From: a candidate division WOR-3 bacterium
GTDB lineage: Bacteria > Hydrothermota > 32-111
Length of the DNA: 64,000 nt
Direction of reading: 5' to 3'
NCBI GenBank assembly: GCA_039804105.1
Contig: JBDRZU010000002.1
Coordinates: 192,001-256,000 of the forward strand
The notes beneath the pieces were generated by a model. The model searched no databases and was not told the DNA's origin. It saw nothing but the letters and a program-made list of their open reading frames with translations. Of the stretch, positions 38,440 through 48,394 are shown in pieces. The translations under genes were made by a program, and so were the position numbers. Numbering within the stretch: position 1 is the first letter of the stretch; each line of letters opens with the position of its first letter.

Positions 38440-39185
38440 TTGCTCAACTTCTCCATAAGTTCATCTGATATATCGAAGTTTGAATATACATTTTGAACAT
38501 CATCATGATCCTCAAGTGCATCTATAAGTTTTAGCATAACTGATGCATCATTTTCGTTGAGTTGGACAGTTGATTGTGCTTTTTTCGTGAGTGTCACATT
38601 TGTAGTTTCAATTTTTTTATCATCAAAAACTTTTTTAACTTTGTAAAGATCCTCAGGGGCAGTATAGACCTGAATAACATCACCCGTTGTTACCACATCC
38701 TCTCCTCCAGCATCTATAGCGATTTCCATTATATCATCGAATTTATATTTGTTTCCGTCGATTTCAATGAGTCCCTTCTTTTCAAACATCCATGACACTG
38801 AACTAACATCTCCCAACTCTTTTCCAAATCTTGTAAATATGTGTCTGAGTTCTCCAGTTGTTCTATTCTTGTTGTCTGTTACAACATCTATTAGTATAGC
38901 TGCTCCACCTGGACCATAACCTCCGTATACAACCTCTTCATATGTTGTTCCAGGTAATTCTCCTGTCCCTTTTTTTATCGCTCTATCAATATTATCAGCA
39001 GGCATATTCGCTTTTTTAGCAGCAGCAATTGCAGCCCTCAATCTTGCGTTCAGTTCAGGATCTCCACCACCCTCTCTTGCAGCAAGTGTTATTTCTTTTA
39101 TAAGTTTTGTAAAGATTTGACCTCTTTTGTTATCCTCTACTGCTTTTTTCCTTCTTATCGTACTCCACTTATTATGTCCTGACAT
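38436..39185 (-). CDS. yebC: YebC/PmpR family protein
   Basis: MSGHNKW, GYGPGG, TDNKNRT and DDVQNVYSN motifs. Confidence 0.96.
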   Translation of the reverse strand: MSGHNKWSTIRRKKAVEDNKRGQIFTKLIKEITLAAREGGGDPELNARLRAAIAAAKKANMPADNIDRAIKKGTGELPGTTYEEVVYGGYGPGGAAILIDVVTDNKNRTTGELRHIFTRFGKELGDVSSVSWMFEKKGLIEIDGNKYKFDDIMEIAIDAGGEDVVTTGDVIQVYTAPEDLYKVKKVFDDKKIETTNVTLTKKAQSTVQLNENDASVMLKLIDALEDHDDVQNVYSNFDISDELMEKLSK

Positions 39186-39194
39186 ATATCCTCC

Positions 39195-39749
39195 TTATCT
39201 TTTTCCACCTGGTCTTATTAAAATTTCTTTCTTTTCACATAAAGGACAATTTTCTGGAACATAGGTTTTCGCCTCAACCTTCATTCCATAAAACAATGGA
39301 TATTCAAAAGTGATATTATCACTTCTATCGATAAGAACCGCTATCGAAAGAATGTTGCCTTTAAAACCTTTAACAGCATCTATCATTTGATTGATCGATT
39401 TTCCGGTTGTTAAAACATCATCAACGAGAAGGATTCGATCGTTTGGAGTTATTGGAGTATCTCTAAAGAGTCCAAGTTTGTCATCCCTTTTTTCAAGATA
39501 TGCTGCTTTACATTTCAACTGTCTTGCAAACTCATACGAAACAACGATACCTCCAACAACAGGGCCTAAAACATAATCAAAATCTTTACCTTTTAATTTT
39601 TTTACAACAGTTGAAACAAGTTCAGATAACAACTTGGGATTTTCAAGAATTCTGAACTTTTCAAAATATGTGTCTGAATGAAGCCCGCTTGTTAAAAGAA
39701 AATGACCTTTTAAAACAACCTTTTCCTTCTCAAGTGTTTTTAAGTCCAT
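39195..39749 (-). CDS. pyrE: Orotate phosphoribosyltransferase
   Basis: GHFLLTSGLHS and LVDDVLTTGKS motifs. pyr operon context. Confidence 0.93.
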   Translation of the reverse strand: MDLKTLEKEKVVLKGHFLLTSGLHSDTYFEKFRILENPKLLSELVSTVVKKLKGKDFDYVLGPVVGGIVVSYEFARQLKCKAAYLEKRDDKLGLFRDTPITPNDRILLVDDVLTTGKSINQMIDAVKGFKGNILSIAVLIDRSDNITFEYPLFYGMKVEAKTYVPENCPLCEKKEILIRPGGKR

Positions 39750-40461
39750 CTTTTATCTCCCGTATAATATTTTTTACAACCTTTTTAGGATTATCAGATG
39801 CTGTAACCGGTCTTCCGACAACTATATAATCAGCACCATCTTTTATCGCATCATAAGGTGTAGCACTCCTCTGTTGGTCATTTTTTTCAGAACCCTTTGG
39901 TCTAATACCAGGAGTCAAAATCAAAAGTTCATTTCCACATTTTTTTCTTAACATTTTAACTTCAAGAGGAGAAGCAACAACTCCATCTATTCCAGCAGAT
40001 CTCGCTGCCTGAGCGAGTATCAAAACTTCTTCCTCAACACTTCTTTTTGTTGCTCCTATAATATCCTGTAAAAAAGCACTGTCAAGAGATGTTAAAAGTG
40101 TAACAGCAAAAATTTTTGGTGTATGATTTTTTTTCTCTCTTCTCTGCCATATCAATTTTGCAACACTCTCCATCATATCAAAACCACCCATCGCATGAAT
40201 AGTCAACATATCAACTCCATGTTCTAAAACAGAAGAGACAGCACCTACAACAGTGTTTGGGATATCGTGGAATTTAAGGTCTAAAAATATTTTTTTGTTT
40301 CTTTTTTTCAACATATTCAAAGATCTATAACCCTCTTTTGTAAAAAGTTGAAGACCAACTTTATATGTTGTTACATCATCTTCAAGAAGATCTACAAGTT
40401 TTTCCGCTTTTTTTAAAGAATCAAAATCGAGTGCTATTATAAGTCGATCTTTAGGATTCAT
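39730..40461 (-). CDS. pyrF: Orotidine-5'-phosphate decarboxylase
   Basis: IALD, KVG, FLDLKFHDIPNT, TPGIRP and VVGRP motifs. Confidence 0.97.
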   Translation of the reverse strand: MNPKDRLIIALDFDSLKKAEKLVDLLEDDVTTYKVGLQLFTKEGYRSLNMLKKRNKKIFLDLKFHDIPNTVVGAVSSVLEHGVDMLTIHAMGGFDMMESVAKLIWQRREKKNHTPKIFAVTLLTSLDSAFLQDIIGATKRSVEEEVLILAQAARSAGIDGVVASPLEVKMLRKKCGNELLILTPGIRPKGSEKNDQQRSATPYDAIKDGADYIVVGRPVTASDNPKKVVKNIIREIKDGLKNT

Positions 40462-41375
40462 AATCTCTCCTTGATACTACCTATAATCTCTTTAACACTT
40501 TTAATACGTTTTGTTTTCAGATACTTTTCAAGATCAATCGAAAGTTTTTCAAGAATATCAGGTTTTACTAAAACTCCACTTCCTACCTGAACAGCGGTCG
40601 CCCCAACGATCAAAAATTCAAGCAAATCATCCAAAGTTGTAATTCCACCTATTCCTATAACAGGAATTTTAACAGATTTAACCATTTTGTAAACATTGAA
40701 AAGAGATAACGGTTTAATAGCTGGTCCTGAAAAACCTGCCTGAATATTTTTAAAAACAAACTCTCTTTTTTCTATATCTACAGATGTGCCAATATATGTA
40801 TTTGTAAAACTTATCCCATCGAACCCTTCACTTTCTGCAAATTTTGCAATTTCAAATGATTCGCTATAAGAAGGAGATAATTTTAAAAGTAATGTTTTTT
40901 CAGTTAAACCTCGAATATTTTTCAAAAGTTTTTTAGAATCATCAAAATTGGAATTAAAATTTATCTTCTTGTTAGTAATGTTTGGACAGGAAATATTTAC
41001 CTCATATCCGTCAAAACCTTCATGTTTATCAAGTGATTCTATCATATTCACAAGATCATCTCTTGAAAAAGGCGCAAGGTTTAAAAATTTTACACATTTA
41101 AAATTTTTGATCTGGGGAAGAATCTTTTCTATAAAATAATCAACTCCATTATTTTCAAGTCCAATAGAATTCAAAATTCCACCATAGACCTCTTTGATCC
41201 TTGGAGTTTCATTTCCTATCTTTTTTTTCAATGTTATCGATTTTGTAATAAACCCACCAATTTTTTTAAAATCATTATATTTTGAAAGTTCAACTCCCCA
41301 TCCAGAGCAACCACTCGCACCTATCACTGGAGTTTTTAAAACTGTTTTTCCAATTTTAACACTTAAATCAACCAT
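40458..41375 (-). CDS. pyrD: Dihydroorotate dehydrogenase, class 1B catalytic subunit
   Basis: ASG, NSIGLEN, EVNISCPN, KLSP, SGPAIKP and GATAVQVG motifs. Start moved to ATG 41375. Confidence 0.95.
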   Translation of the reverse strand: MVDLSVKIGKTVLKTPVIGASGCSGWGVELSKYNDFKKIGGFITKSITLKKKIGNETPRIKEVYGGILNSIGLENNGVDYFIEKILPQIKNFKCVKFLNLAPFSRDDLVNMIESLDKHEGFDGYEVNISCPNITNKKINFNSNFDDSKKLLKNIRGLTEKTLLLKLSPSYSESFEIAKFAESEGFDGISFTNTYIGTSVDIEKREFVFKNIQAGFSGPAIKPLSLFNVYKMVKSVKIPVIGIGGITTLDDLLEFLIVGATAVQVGSGVLVKPDILEKLSIDLEKYLKTKRIKSVKEIIGSIKERL

Positions 41376-42087
41376 AAAATATCCTGTTTCCATCAAGAAT
41401 TGGACCTTCTGTACAAAGTTTTACAAAATCACCATCTTCCATCTTAACAGCACAACCATTGCAAAGGCCAACCCCACATCCCATAACTTCCTCATAGATG
41501 GCATAAAATCTTTTTTCGTTTTTAATACAATATTCTTTTATTGATTTTAACATTTCTTTTGGACCACAACCAATAATCATATCAAAATCATAATGATCTA
41601 AAAAATCTGTTGGATAACCTTTTACCTTACTCTTTTTTTCCGAGCAGTATAAACCTTTTAGAGAAAAATATTTTAAAACATTTTTGTATTCACCTTCTCT
41701 GTCTCCAAAAATAAGTTTGTAATACTTTTTCCCTTTTAAAAAGGGGATGAGTGCCGCAAGACCTATTCCTCCTCCAACAAAAAGAGTTTTCATGTAATCA
41801 ATATCTCTATCAAAACCTTTTCCAAGTGGATAGAGGATATCAACATATTCTCCTTTTTTGAGTTGGCTGATATTTTCAGTTGAACTTCCAACAATTTTGA
41901 TAAGAAAAGTTAAAGAACTTTTACCATCATTTACTATCGTAAATGGCCTTCTTAAAATTTTATCCTTAAGATCAGTTTTTATAGAACCAAATTGGCCTGG
42001 GAAAATATTCTGTTTAAAACTTTTAGATATTTCCAAAACAAACACATTCTCTGTTAAAAAAATTTTGTTTAAAACTTTTTCAATCAT
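41368..42087 (-). CDS. pyrK: Dihydroorotate dehydrogenase electron-transfer subunit
   Basis: PGQF, LRRPFT, GGGIG, CGP and [2Fe-2S] motif CGVGLCNGC...C.EGP. Confidence 0.92.
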   Translation of the reverse strand: MIEKVLNKIFLTENVFVLEISKSFKQNIFPGQFGSIKTDLKDKILRRPFTIVNDGKSSLTFLIKIVGSSTENISQLKKGEYVDILYPLGKGFDRDIDYMKTLFVGGGIGLAALIPFLKGKKYYKLIFGDREGEYKNVLKYFSLKGLYCSEKKSKVKGYPTDFLDHYDFDMIIGCGPKEMLKSIKEYCIKNEKRFYAIYEEVMGCGVGLCNGCAVKMEDGDFVKLCTEGPILDGNRIFYG

Positions 42088-43417
42088 TTTTAAGTTCCTT
42101 TATTCTTTTTAAGGCACTAAGGTAAAATTCAGTTGAAGGATAATCGTTAACTATTTTTTCTAGAAACTCTATTGATTTCAAAGTATCGTTATAATCTTTT
42201 AAATAAATATAGGACAATGCAAATAAACTCTTTGGAGAATAGTAGGAAAGAGGGAAAGAATCAACTATATTTTTATATCCTTTTATAGCATCTTCAGTTT
42301 TTTCAAGGAAAAAATATTCGATTTCAGAAAGAAGAAATCTGTTTTTTACCTTTTCCTCATCACTCAACTCTAAGTTTTCATCCTGTAAAGAGAGTAAAAG
42401 TTGTAAAGATTTTGATTTCGCTTCTGCCTGATAAAAGAGAGGGGAGTTCTGTTGGATCTCGGTTAACATCCTGTAAGATTTTTCTGCATTTTTTATATCG
42501 TTAAAATATTTTTCATAAATATAACCTTTTTTAAACAAAAGTGAATCCATAAGGTATCTATCTCTTTTAGATAAAATATCATCTATCAGTTTTATTGATT
42601 TTTCATATTCTTTCTTTCTTTCGAGTATTTGAACTTTTAGGTAATAGAAAACATTCCTTTTATCATGGTTTTGAAATATATCTATCGCACGGTTGGTATA
42701 TTTTTCTGCATTTTTAAAATCTTCAAGTTCAACATAACAACCTATAAGGTATCTATAATAATCGAAAATAAAATCTTTTGGTAAAGATTTTACATTTATT
42801 TTTAGAAGATTTTTTAACGCTGTATCGTACTCTTTTTTTAGATATTTAATCTTTCCCTTTAAAAAAATGTTTACAGGATTATTTTTTGTTTTATATGAAA
42901 TATTTTCTATCAAACTATCAGCACTGTTAAAATCTTTTCTTTCTATATAAATGTTCACTATCTCTTTTAACACTTCATTTTGGAATTTCCCATTCTTTGA
43001 AATGACCTGGCTGAATATTGTTAAAGAGATGTTCGTATCCTGTTGCATCAGATATGTTTTGCCAAGGTAGAACAATGCTTCTTCAAAATATTTTGAATCT
43101 GGGAAATAATCTATTAGTTCCGTAAATTTTTTTATCGCTTTTGAATAATCACCTTTATACATATATGATTTACCTATAAGAATTAAGGCATCGTCTACAT
43201 ATTTTGAATTCTGGTGGAGTTGTAATATCTTAGAAGATTTTTCTATCGATTTATCAAGGTATGTTCTATCAACAGGTTTATCATCTTCAAGTGGTTTAAT
43301 ACCAAGTTTATAATATTTTTCAGCGTTATAAAATATATTGAAATATGCATTAAAATTTGCACATGAAAAAAACATCATCAATAATACTGTAAAAAAAAGT
43401 AAAAATGATTTTTTCAT
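42080..43417 (-). CDS. TPR-repeat lipoprotein, possibly SprE/PorW-like
   Basis: Lipobox FFSC, then YFNIFYNA, IEKSSKIL..H.NSKYVDDALILIGK, and many TPR repeats. Confidence 0.75.
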   Translation of the reverse strand: MKKSFLLFFTVLLMMFFSCANFNAYFNIFYNAEKYYKLGIKPLEDDKPVDRTYLDKSIEKSSKILQLHQNSKYVDDALILIGKSYMYKGDYSKAIKKFTELIDYFPDSKYFEEALFYLGKTYLMQQDTNISLTIFSQVISKNGKFQNEVLKEIVNIYIERKDFNSADSLIENISYKTKNNPVNIFLKGKIKYLKKEYDTALKNLLKINVKSLPKDFIFDYYRYLIGCYVELEDFKNAEKYTNRAIDIFQNHDKRNVFYYLKVQILERKKEYEKSIKLIDDILSKRDRYLMDSLLFKKGYIYEKYFNDIKNAEKSYRMLTEIQQNSPLFYQAEAKSKSLQLLLSLQDENLELSDEEKVKNRFLLSEIEYFFLEKTEDAIKGYKNIVDSFPLSYYSPKSLFALSYIYLKDYNDTLKSIEFLEKIVNDYPSTEFYLSALKRIKELKND

Positions 43418-43480
43418 AATTTATGATTATATCAGATATACAAAAAAAATAAAGAAGGATTAAAACCTATTCTGTTTATA

Positions 43481-43507
43481 TTGACTTTAACTATTTTTAT
43501 CTATAAT
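43481..43507 (+). promoter_or_regulatory. sigma70-type promoter TTGACT-N15-TATAAT (or N17-TAATAT), probably leaderless
   Basis: TATAAT is 8 nt before the nnr ATG. No SD sequence. Confidence 0.5.
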
Positions 43508-43515
43508 ATTTTTTT

Positions 43516-44991
43516 ATGTTTTCAATCTATGGAGAAACTTCAAAGAAAATAGATAAGGTTTGTCTTGAAAAATTTTTCATAAAACCAGAAATCTTAATGG
43601 AAAATGCAGCTATCGCTTCCTGTAATACTTTAATTTCGAATTTTAAATTTGAAAGACCTGTGATAGTTTGTTCAACCGGGAACAATGGCGGTGATGGTTT
43701 TGCGCTTGCGAGACACCTTTTAAATAAAAACTATGATGTTTCAACAATAGTTTTAGGAGACACTGAAAAATTATCCAACGAAAGTCAAACGAATCTTAAA
43801 ATTTTAATGAAATTAAGTCGTAACATCATTTTTAACCCTTCTGAAAATAAATTTTCTAACATTTTGAAATCATCTGATCTAATTGTAGATGCTTTATTTG
43901 GAACAGGTTTTCATGGAGAATTCACACCTTTCTTCAGAAAATATGTAAAAAAAATCAACGGATCAAATAAAAAAATATTTTCACTCGACATACCTTCTGG
44001 GCTTGATTCAAATACTGGAATGTACGATGTAGATACGATACGGGCTTCTGCAACGATCACTTTTGGTTTTGTAAAAACAGGAATGTTGTGGGTTGATTCT
44101 AAAAAATTTACAGGTGATATATTTGTCGCTGACATATCGATTCCATACCAGATAATTTTCGATTATGATTTTCAAACGATAATAGAAAAAGATATAATTG
44201 TTGGATTTATAAAACATTTCAGGATAAAAAAGGAAAACTATTTTCATAAAAGACAGAAAGGTAATCTGTTTCTTATTGGTGGAAATAAGGGAATGGAAGG
44301 TTCTATACAGATAGCTGCGCTTGGAGCAATGAAAACTGGTGCGGGGATAGTTTATGTCAAACAACTTGGAAACGAAAAAATCAAATTTTTAAAAGAGGCA
44401 GTCTATATTGATAAATTTGAGGATGGAATTTTAAAGAGTGAAAACATAGTTATCGGTTGTGGATTTGGAAACGATCAGAAATCAAAAGAAACTTTTATTG
44501 AGATGATAAAAAAATTGGATCAAAAAAAAGTCATAATCGATGCTGATGGTATAAACATAATTGCACAACTTGATGAGAAAAACAAAAAAAGATTTTTAAA
44601 AAATAAAATCATAACTCCACATCCAGAAGAGTTTTTCAGGCTAACAAAAAAAAGGTTTTCAAACATCAAAGAAAAAATTAAATTTGCAGAAGAATTTTCA
44701 AAAAACTATTCAACTGTAACGGTATTGAAATCACCACCAACTGTTATAACTGATGGAGAGAACACTTTTATCCTTCCCAATTCAAATTTAAAACTTGCAA
44801 CAGCAGGTTCAGGCGATCTTCTTGCAGGAATAATTGGCGCTTATGTTTCATTTGGATATGATCTTTTAACATCATCTCTTTTAGGTGTTTATACACATTT
44901 TAGATCAGCGGAAATATCAAAATCTAAAAACCCTCTTATAAGCGAGATCGCACAAAATATTGGTGAGGTGCAAAATGAGATTTTTTTATAA
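43516..44991 (+). CDS. nnr: Bifunctional NAD(P)H-hydrate epimerase/dehydratase
   Basis: LMENA, GNNGGDG, DALFGTG and DIPSG (NnrE half). DADG, ITPHPEEF and LATAGSGDLLAG (NnrD half). Confidence 0.93.
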   Translation: MFSIYGETSKKIDKVCLEKFFIKPEILMENAAIASCNTLISNFKFERPVIVCSTGNNGGDGFALARHLLNKNYDVSTIVLGDTEKLSNESQTNLKILMKLSRNIIFNPSENKFSNILKSSDLIVDALFGTGFHGEFTPFFRKYVKKINGSNKKIFSLDIPSGLDSNTGMYDVDTIRASATITFGFVKTGMLWVDSKKFTGDIFVADISIPYQIIFDYDFQTIIEKDIIVGFIKHFRIKKENYFHKRQKGNLFLIGGNKGMEGSIQIAALGAMKTGAGIVYVKQLGNEKIKFLKEAVYIDKFEDGILKSENIVIGCGFGNDQKSKETFIEMIKKLDQKKVIIDADGINIIAQLDEKNKKRFLKNKIITPHPEEFFRLTKKRFSNIKEKIKFAEEFSKNYSTVTVLKSPPTVITDGENTFILPNSNLKLATAGSGDLLAGIIGAYVSFGYDLLTSSLLGVYTHFRSAEISKSKNPLISEIAQNIGEVQNEIFL

Positions 44992-46519
44992 ATTGACTTT
45001 TATTTCAACCATTTTCTTATTTTTCAATTCTTCTTTTTGTAATCAGAATATAATGTCTCCTGATTATGAAAACCTTTCTTATTTTTTAAATGTTCTTGAT
45101 ATTTCAGGTGATCTTGATAATATATATATTGCAACATCTTCTGGTATTTTAAAACTTGATAGATTCACCAATGAGGTAACAACTCTGCTCTCTTTTAGAA
45201 AATGGATGTACGATATCCCCTTTAAAAATCTTTTTCCAGATCCCATACATGGTAACAATCTATATTTTACAGGCAGAGATTTTTTATACCATTACGATAT
45301 TTTTAACGACACAATAGAATACTCTAAAATTTTAGATTTCTCTGGAAAATCGGTTTCACTTATCGGTGTCACAGAAGAATCACTCTTTGTTAAGATCGAC
45401 ACTCTTGTATATTCATCATCGAAATATGGTTTGAAAACTGAAAACTGGGTTTTAAGTAAAAATGACAAGAAAATCAACTGGAATAAAATAAATAAAAATG
45501 TAAAAGATTATCCTCAACTGTTACCTCATAGTATATTTTATGGAAACAGGGAATACAATTTCACAACTGTATATGAGGACATCAACAATTATTATGTTGG
45601 AACAGATGGAATAGGTTTTTTGAAGATTGACAAAATAAGTTTAAAAAGAAAACATTTTCTTTATGGAACAGGTTCTCTGGATATCAGATCGATTTCCCTT
45701 GATTCTTTAAATAATCTATGGATCGCAGGATTAAACTGCATCAACATTACAAAATACGATATAAACAAAAGAATTTTCACCTATTACAATTTATCAAACA
45801 TACCAGAAATACCAGATAACCAGATAAATATTATATCTTCCTCAAAAAAATATGTTCTCTTTTTAACTCAACTTGGTGGAATCTTTTATTATGATATTTC
45901 AAAAGATAGATTTTTCAACATCCCAAATTCTATAACAACAATATTTTTTAGAGCAAAACCCTTAAGAGATGGTCTTTTTATAGTATCAGGCGATAGAGGA
46001 ATAGGATTTGTTGATATACAGGAGAAAAAATTTTATCAAAAATTTGATAACATCCAATCCGTAATAGATCTTGAAGTTTATAAAGATACCATATATTTCG
46101 TCTCACAGAATAAACTCTATAAAACTCATTTAAACGATTCTTCTTATTATCCTGTTCAGTTTGATTTTCCAACATTTTTTGTTTACCAGTTCTATAAAGA
46201 TGATTCAACTGAAATTTTACTCGATAATGCTTATATACACATAAAAAATGGACAAGAAAAATATGTTTCATATCCGAACAACCTTTTTGGAGAATTTTAT
46301 GATCTTGCAAAAAAAGGAACTCTTATATTTGCTGCAGCAACAGATGGTTTCGGTATATTTTCTCTAAAACAAAGAAAATGGGAAATATTCAATAAAAAAA
46401 GATACCCATTACCTTCAAATAGTTTCTACAATATAGTTTTATCAGATAAATATTTTTTTGTAACAACAAGATCATCACTTTTAAAAGTAAAATATGATAT
46501 CATTGCACCAGAAAAATAG
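44975..46519 (+). CDS. Exported hypothetical protein, probable beta-propeller
   Basis: Signal peptide and blade-like motifs IYIATSSG, YVGTDGIG, LWIAG, FAAATDG. ATG 44975 follows GAGGTG. Confidence 0.6.
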   Translation: MRFFYKLTFISTIFLFFNSSFCNQNIMSPDYENLSYFLNVLDISGDLDNIYIATSSGILKLDRFTNEVTTLLSFRKWMYDIPFKNLFPDPIHGNNLYFTGRDFLYHYDIFNDTIEYSKILDFSGKSVSLIGVTEESLFVKIDTLVYSSSKYGLKTENWVLSKNDKKINWNKINKNVKDYPQLLPHSIFYGNREYNFTTVYEDINNYYVGTDGIGFLKIDKISLKRKHFLYGTGSLDIRSISLDSLNNLWIAGLNCINITKYDINKRIFTYYNLSNIPEIPDNQINIISSSKKYVLFLTQLGGIFYYDISKDRFFNIPNSITTIFFRAKPLRDGLFIVSGDRGIGFVDIQEKKFYQKFDNIQSVIDLEVYKDTIYFVSQNKLYKTHLNDSSYYPVQFDFPTFFVYQFYKDDSTEILLDNAYIHIKNGQEKYVSYPNNLFGEFYDLAKKGTLIFAAATDGFGIFSLKQRKWEIFNKKRYPLPSNSFYNIVLSDKYFFVTTRSSLLKVKYDIIAPEK

Positions 46520-47555
46520 ATTTTTATTTTTTATAATATTTCTTCTACCTTTTTTGATATCAAGTGAGAAAATTCAAGGAATATATGTTTCAAGATATGT
46601 TGCTTCATCAAATAGGTTCTATAATCTTTTAGAAAAATTGAAGGAAAACAGTTTCAATGCTGTTGTTATAGATATGAAATATGATTATGGTGATGTTGCA
46701 GTGAATCTTGATTCAACATATTCTCTTATAGGTTCATATCAAAAAATTAACCAACTTAAGGAGAAAATCGATACCCTCAAAAAACTCGGAATAAAACCTA
46801 TAGCAAGAATCGTTTGTTTTAAGGATAATATTTTGGGAAAATATGACAATTATAAATATGCAGTTAAATATTCTGACGGTTCAATATATTATGATCTTTC
46901 GAAAGCGATTTGGGTTTCTCCTTATTCAAACTTTGTTCAGAATTACATAATAGATATAGCAAAAGAATGTGCAAAAATTGGTTTTTCTGAAATTCAGTTC
47001 GATTACATCAGATTTCCAACAGACGGAATAAAGGGAACTTTGGTTTTTCCTGAAAGAAACAGTTTAAACGGTTTTGAAACGATTATAAATTTTTTGAATA
47101 AAGCATATAACGAACTTAAACCTTATGGAGTTGATGTATCCTGTGATGTTTACGGATATACCGTCTGGTTTGATTCTTTAAACCTTGTTAACCAACATCT
47201 GGATGGTATGGCTGTGTATGCTGATGCTATATATCCTATGGTTTATCCATCACATTTTTCTGATTCACTTTATAGAAAATTGGGAAAAGAGGAAAGAACA
47301 TATCAGATAATATATCAAAGTGGTGTTAAATCAAAAAAAAGGATTGAAAAATTTAATACTAAAACTATACTTTATCTCCAAGATTTTACATGGAAATCTT
47401 CACTTATGGGAAACGATTATGTTAACAACCAGATAAAAGCTGCAATAGATTCCGATGTTGAAGGGTTTATCTTGTGGAATCCATCTTCAAAATATTCATA
47501 CTTTGAACTTCCAGAAAAAATCAATTTTTCAAATTATAAAAAGGACAAGAGATGA
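46494..47555 (+). CDS. Putative glycoside hydrolase (DUF4015)
   Basis: GIYV, NAVVIDMK, ARIVCFKD, EIQFDYIRFP, PMVYPSH, LQDF and LWNP motifs. Confidence 0.88.
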   Translation: MISLHQKNRFLFFIIFLLPFLISSEKIQGIYVSRYVASSNRFYNLLEKLKENSFNAVVIDMKYDYGDVAVNLDSTYSLIGSYQKINQLKEKIDTLKKLGIKPIARIVCFKDNILGKYDNYKYAVKYSDGSIYYDLSKAIWVSPYSNFVQNYIIDIAKECAKIGFSEIQFDYIRFPTDGIKGTLVFPERNSLNGFETIINFLNKAYNELKPYGVDVSCDVYGYTVWFDSLNLVNQHLDGMAVYADAIYPMVYPSHFSDSLYRKLGKEERTYQIIYQSGVKSKKRIEKFNTKTILYLQDFTWKSSLMGNDYVNNQIKAAIDSDVEGFILWNPSSKYSYFELPEKINFSNYKKDKR

Positions 47556-48394
47556 AAAAATTTTTTTCATATTTAAAAGATATCAAAAATTTTATTTTCA
47601 GAAAAGATTTTTTTACGGTAACTTTTTATACACTCTGGTCAGTTTTTCTTTTATATAATAGTGAATTTCTATATCCATTATCAATGTGGCTACTTTTTTC
47701 TTTGCTTGCACTTTTTCTTGTTCCAATATTTTTTTATATCACCGTGAATGAAGAGAAAGTGTTTTTAAAAACACTCTATACCTTTATATTTGTATCTTCA
47801 ATAATTTTGTCATTTTACATTGTGAACCTTAAAGGTATAAAAAGAGATATAGGGAAAAATGAGTTTATCAATGGAATTTTAATCATATATTTTTTCTTTT
47901 TCATTTTATATTTTTATTTGAACAAAAAGTTCAGTTTAAAAAATTTTAACATAAGTTTTGGAGATAAAAAAAATTCTTTTATTTTAATAACGATTTCAAT
48001 AATAATAATTACCCCAATCATTTTCATCGTTTCAAAAAATCCTCAGTTTAAATCTGTTTATCCTCTTTTCAAAGTAATGAAAAATTCAAGATATGATTTT
48101 ATAAGATACGAATTCGCATTTTTATACTTTTTCTTTTTCTGGGAATTCTATTTTAGAGGAATAATGTTAAAATCTTTTAAAGAAATTTTCAAAGAAGATT
48201 TTATCGCTATAATTCTTCAATCACTTATTTTTACCTTTTTACATTTCGGAAAACCTGGCCTTGAAACTTTGTCTTCTTTTTTTGGGGGGTTTATTCTTGG
48301 ATTTTTTTCTTTAAAACTCAATTCGATCTTTCCAGCATTCTTTTTACATTTTTATATCTCTTTTCTTATGGATATTTTATCGATATATTTCTAA
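47552..48394 (+). CDS. CPBP (CAAX/Abi) family intramembrane protease
   Basis: WEFYFRG, F..LHFGKP..E and H motif 4. Multiple TM helices. Confidence 0.82.
   Translation: MKKFFSYLKDIKNFIFRKDFFTVTFYTLWSVFLLYNSEFLYPLSMWLLFSLLALFLVPIFFYITVNEEKVFLKTLYTFIFVSSIILSFYIVNLKGIKRDIGKNEFINGILIIYFFFFILYFYLNKKFSLKNFNISFGDKKNSFILITISIIIITPIIFIVSKNPQFKSVYPLFKVMKNSRYDFIRYEFAFLYFFFFWEFYFRGIMLKSFKEIFKEDFIAIILQSLIFTFLHFGKPGLETLSSFFGGFILGFFSLKLNSIFPAFFLHFYISFLMDILSIYF

Noticed and set aside
43418..43515. PyrR attenuator or riboswitch upstream of the pyr operon
   Set aside because: The region is short and AT-rich with no stable hairpins, and it is occupied by divergent promoter elements.
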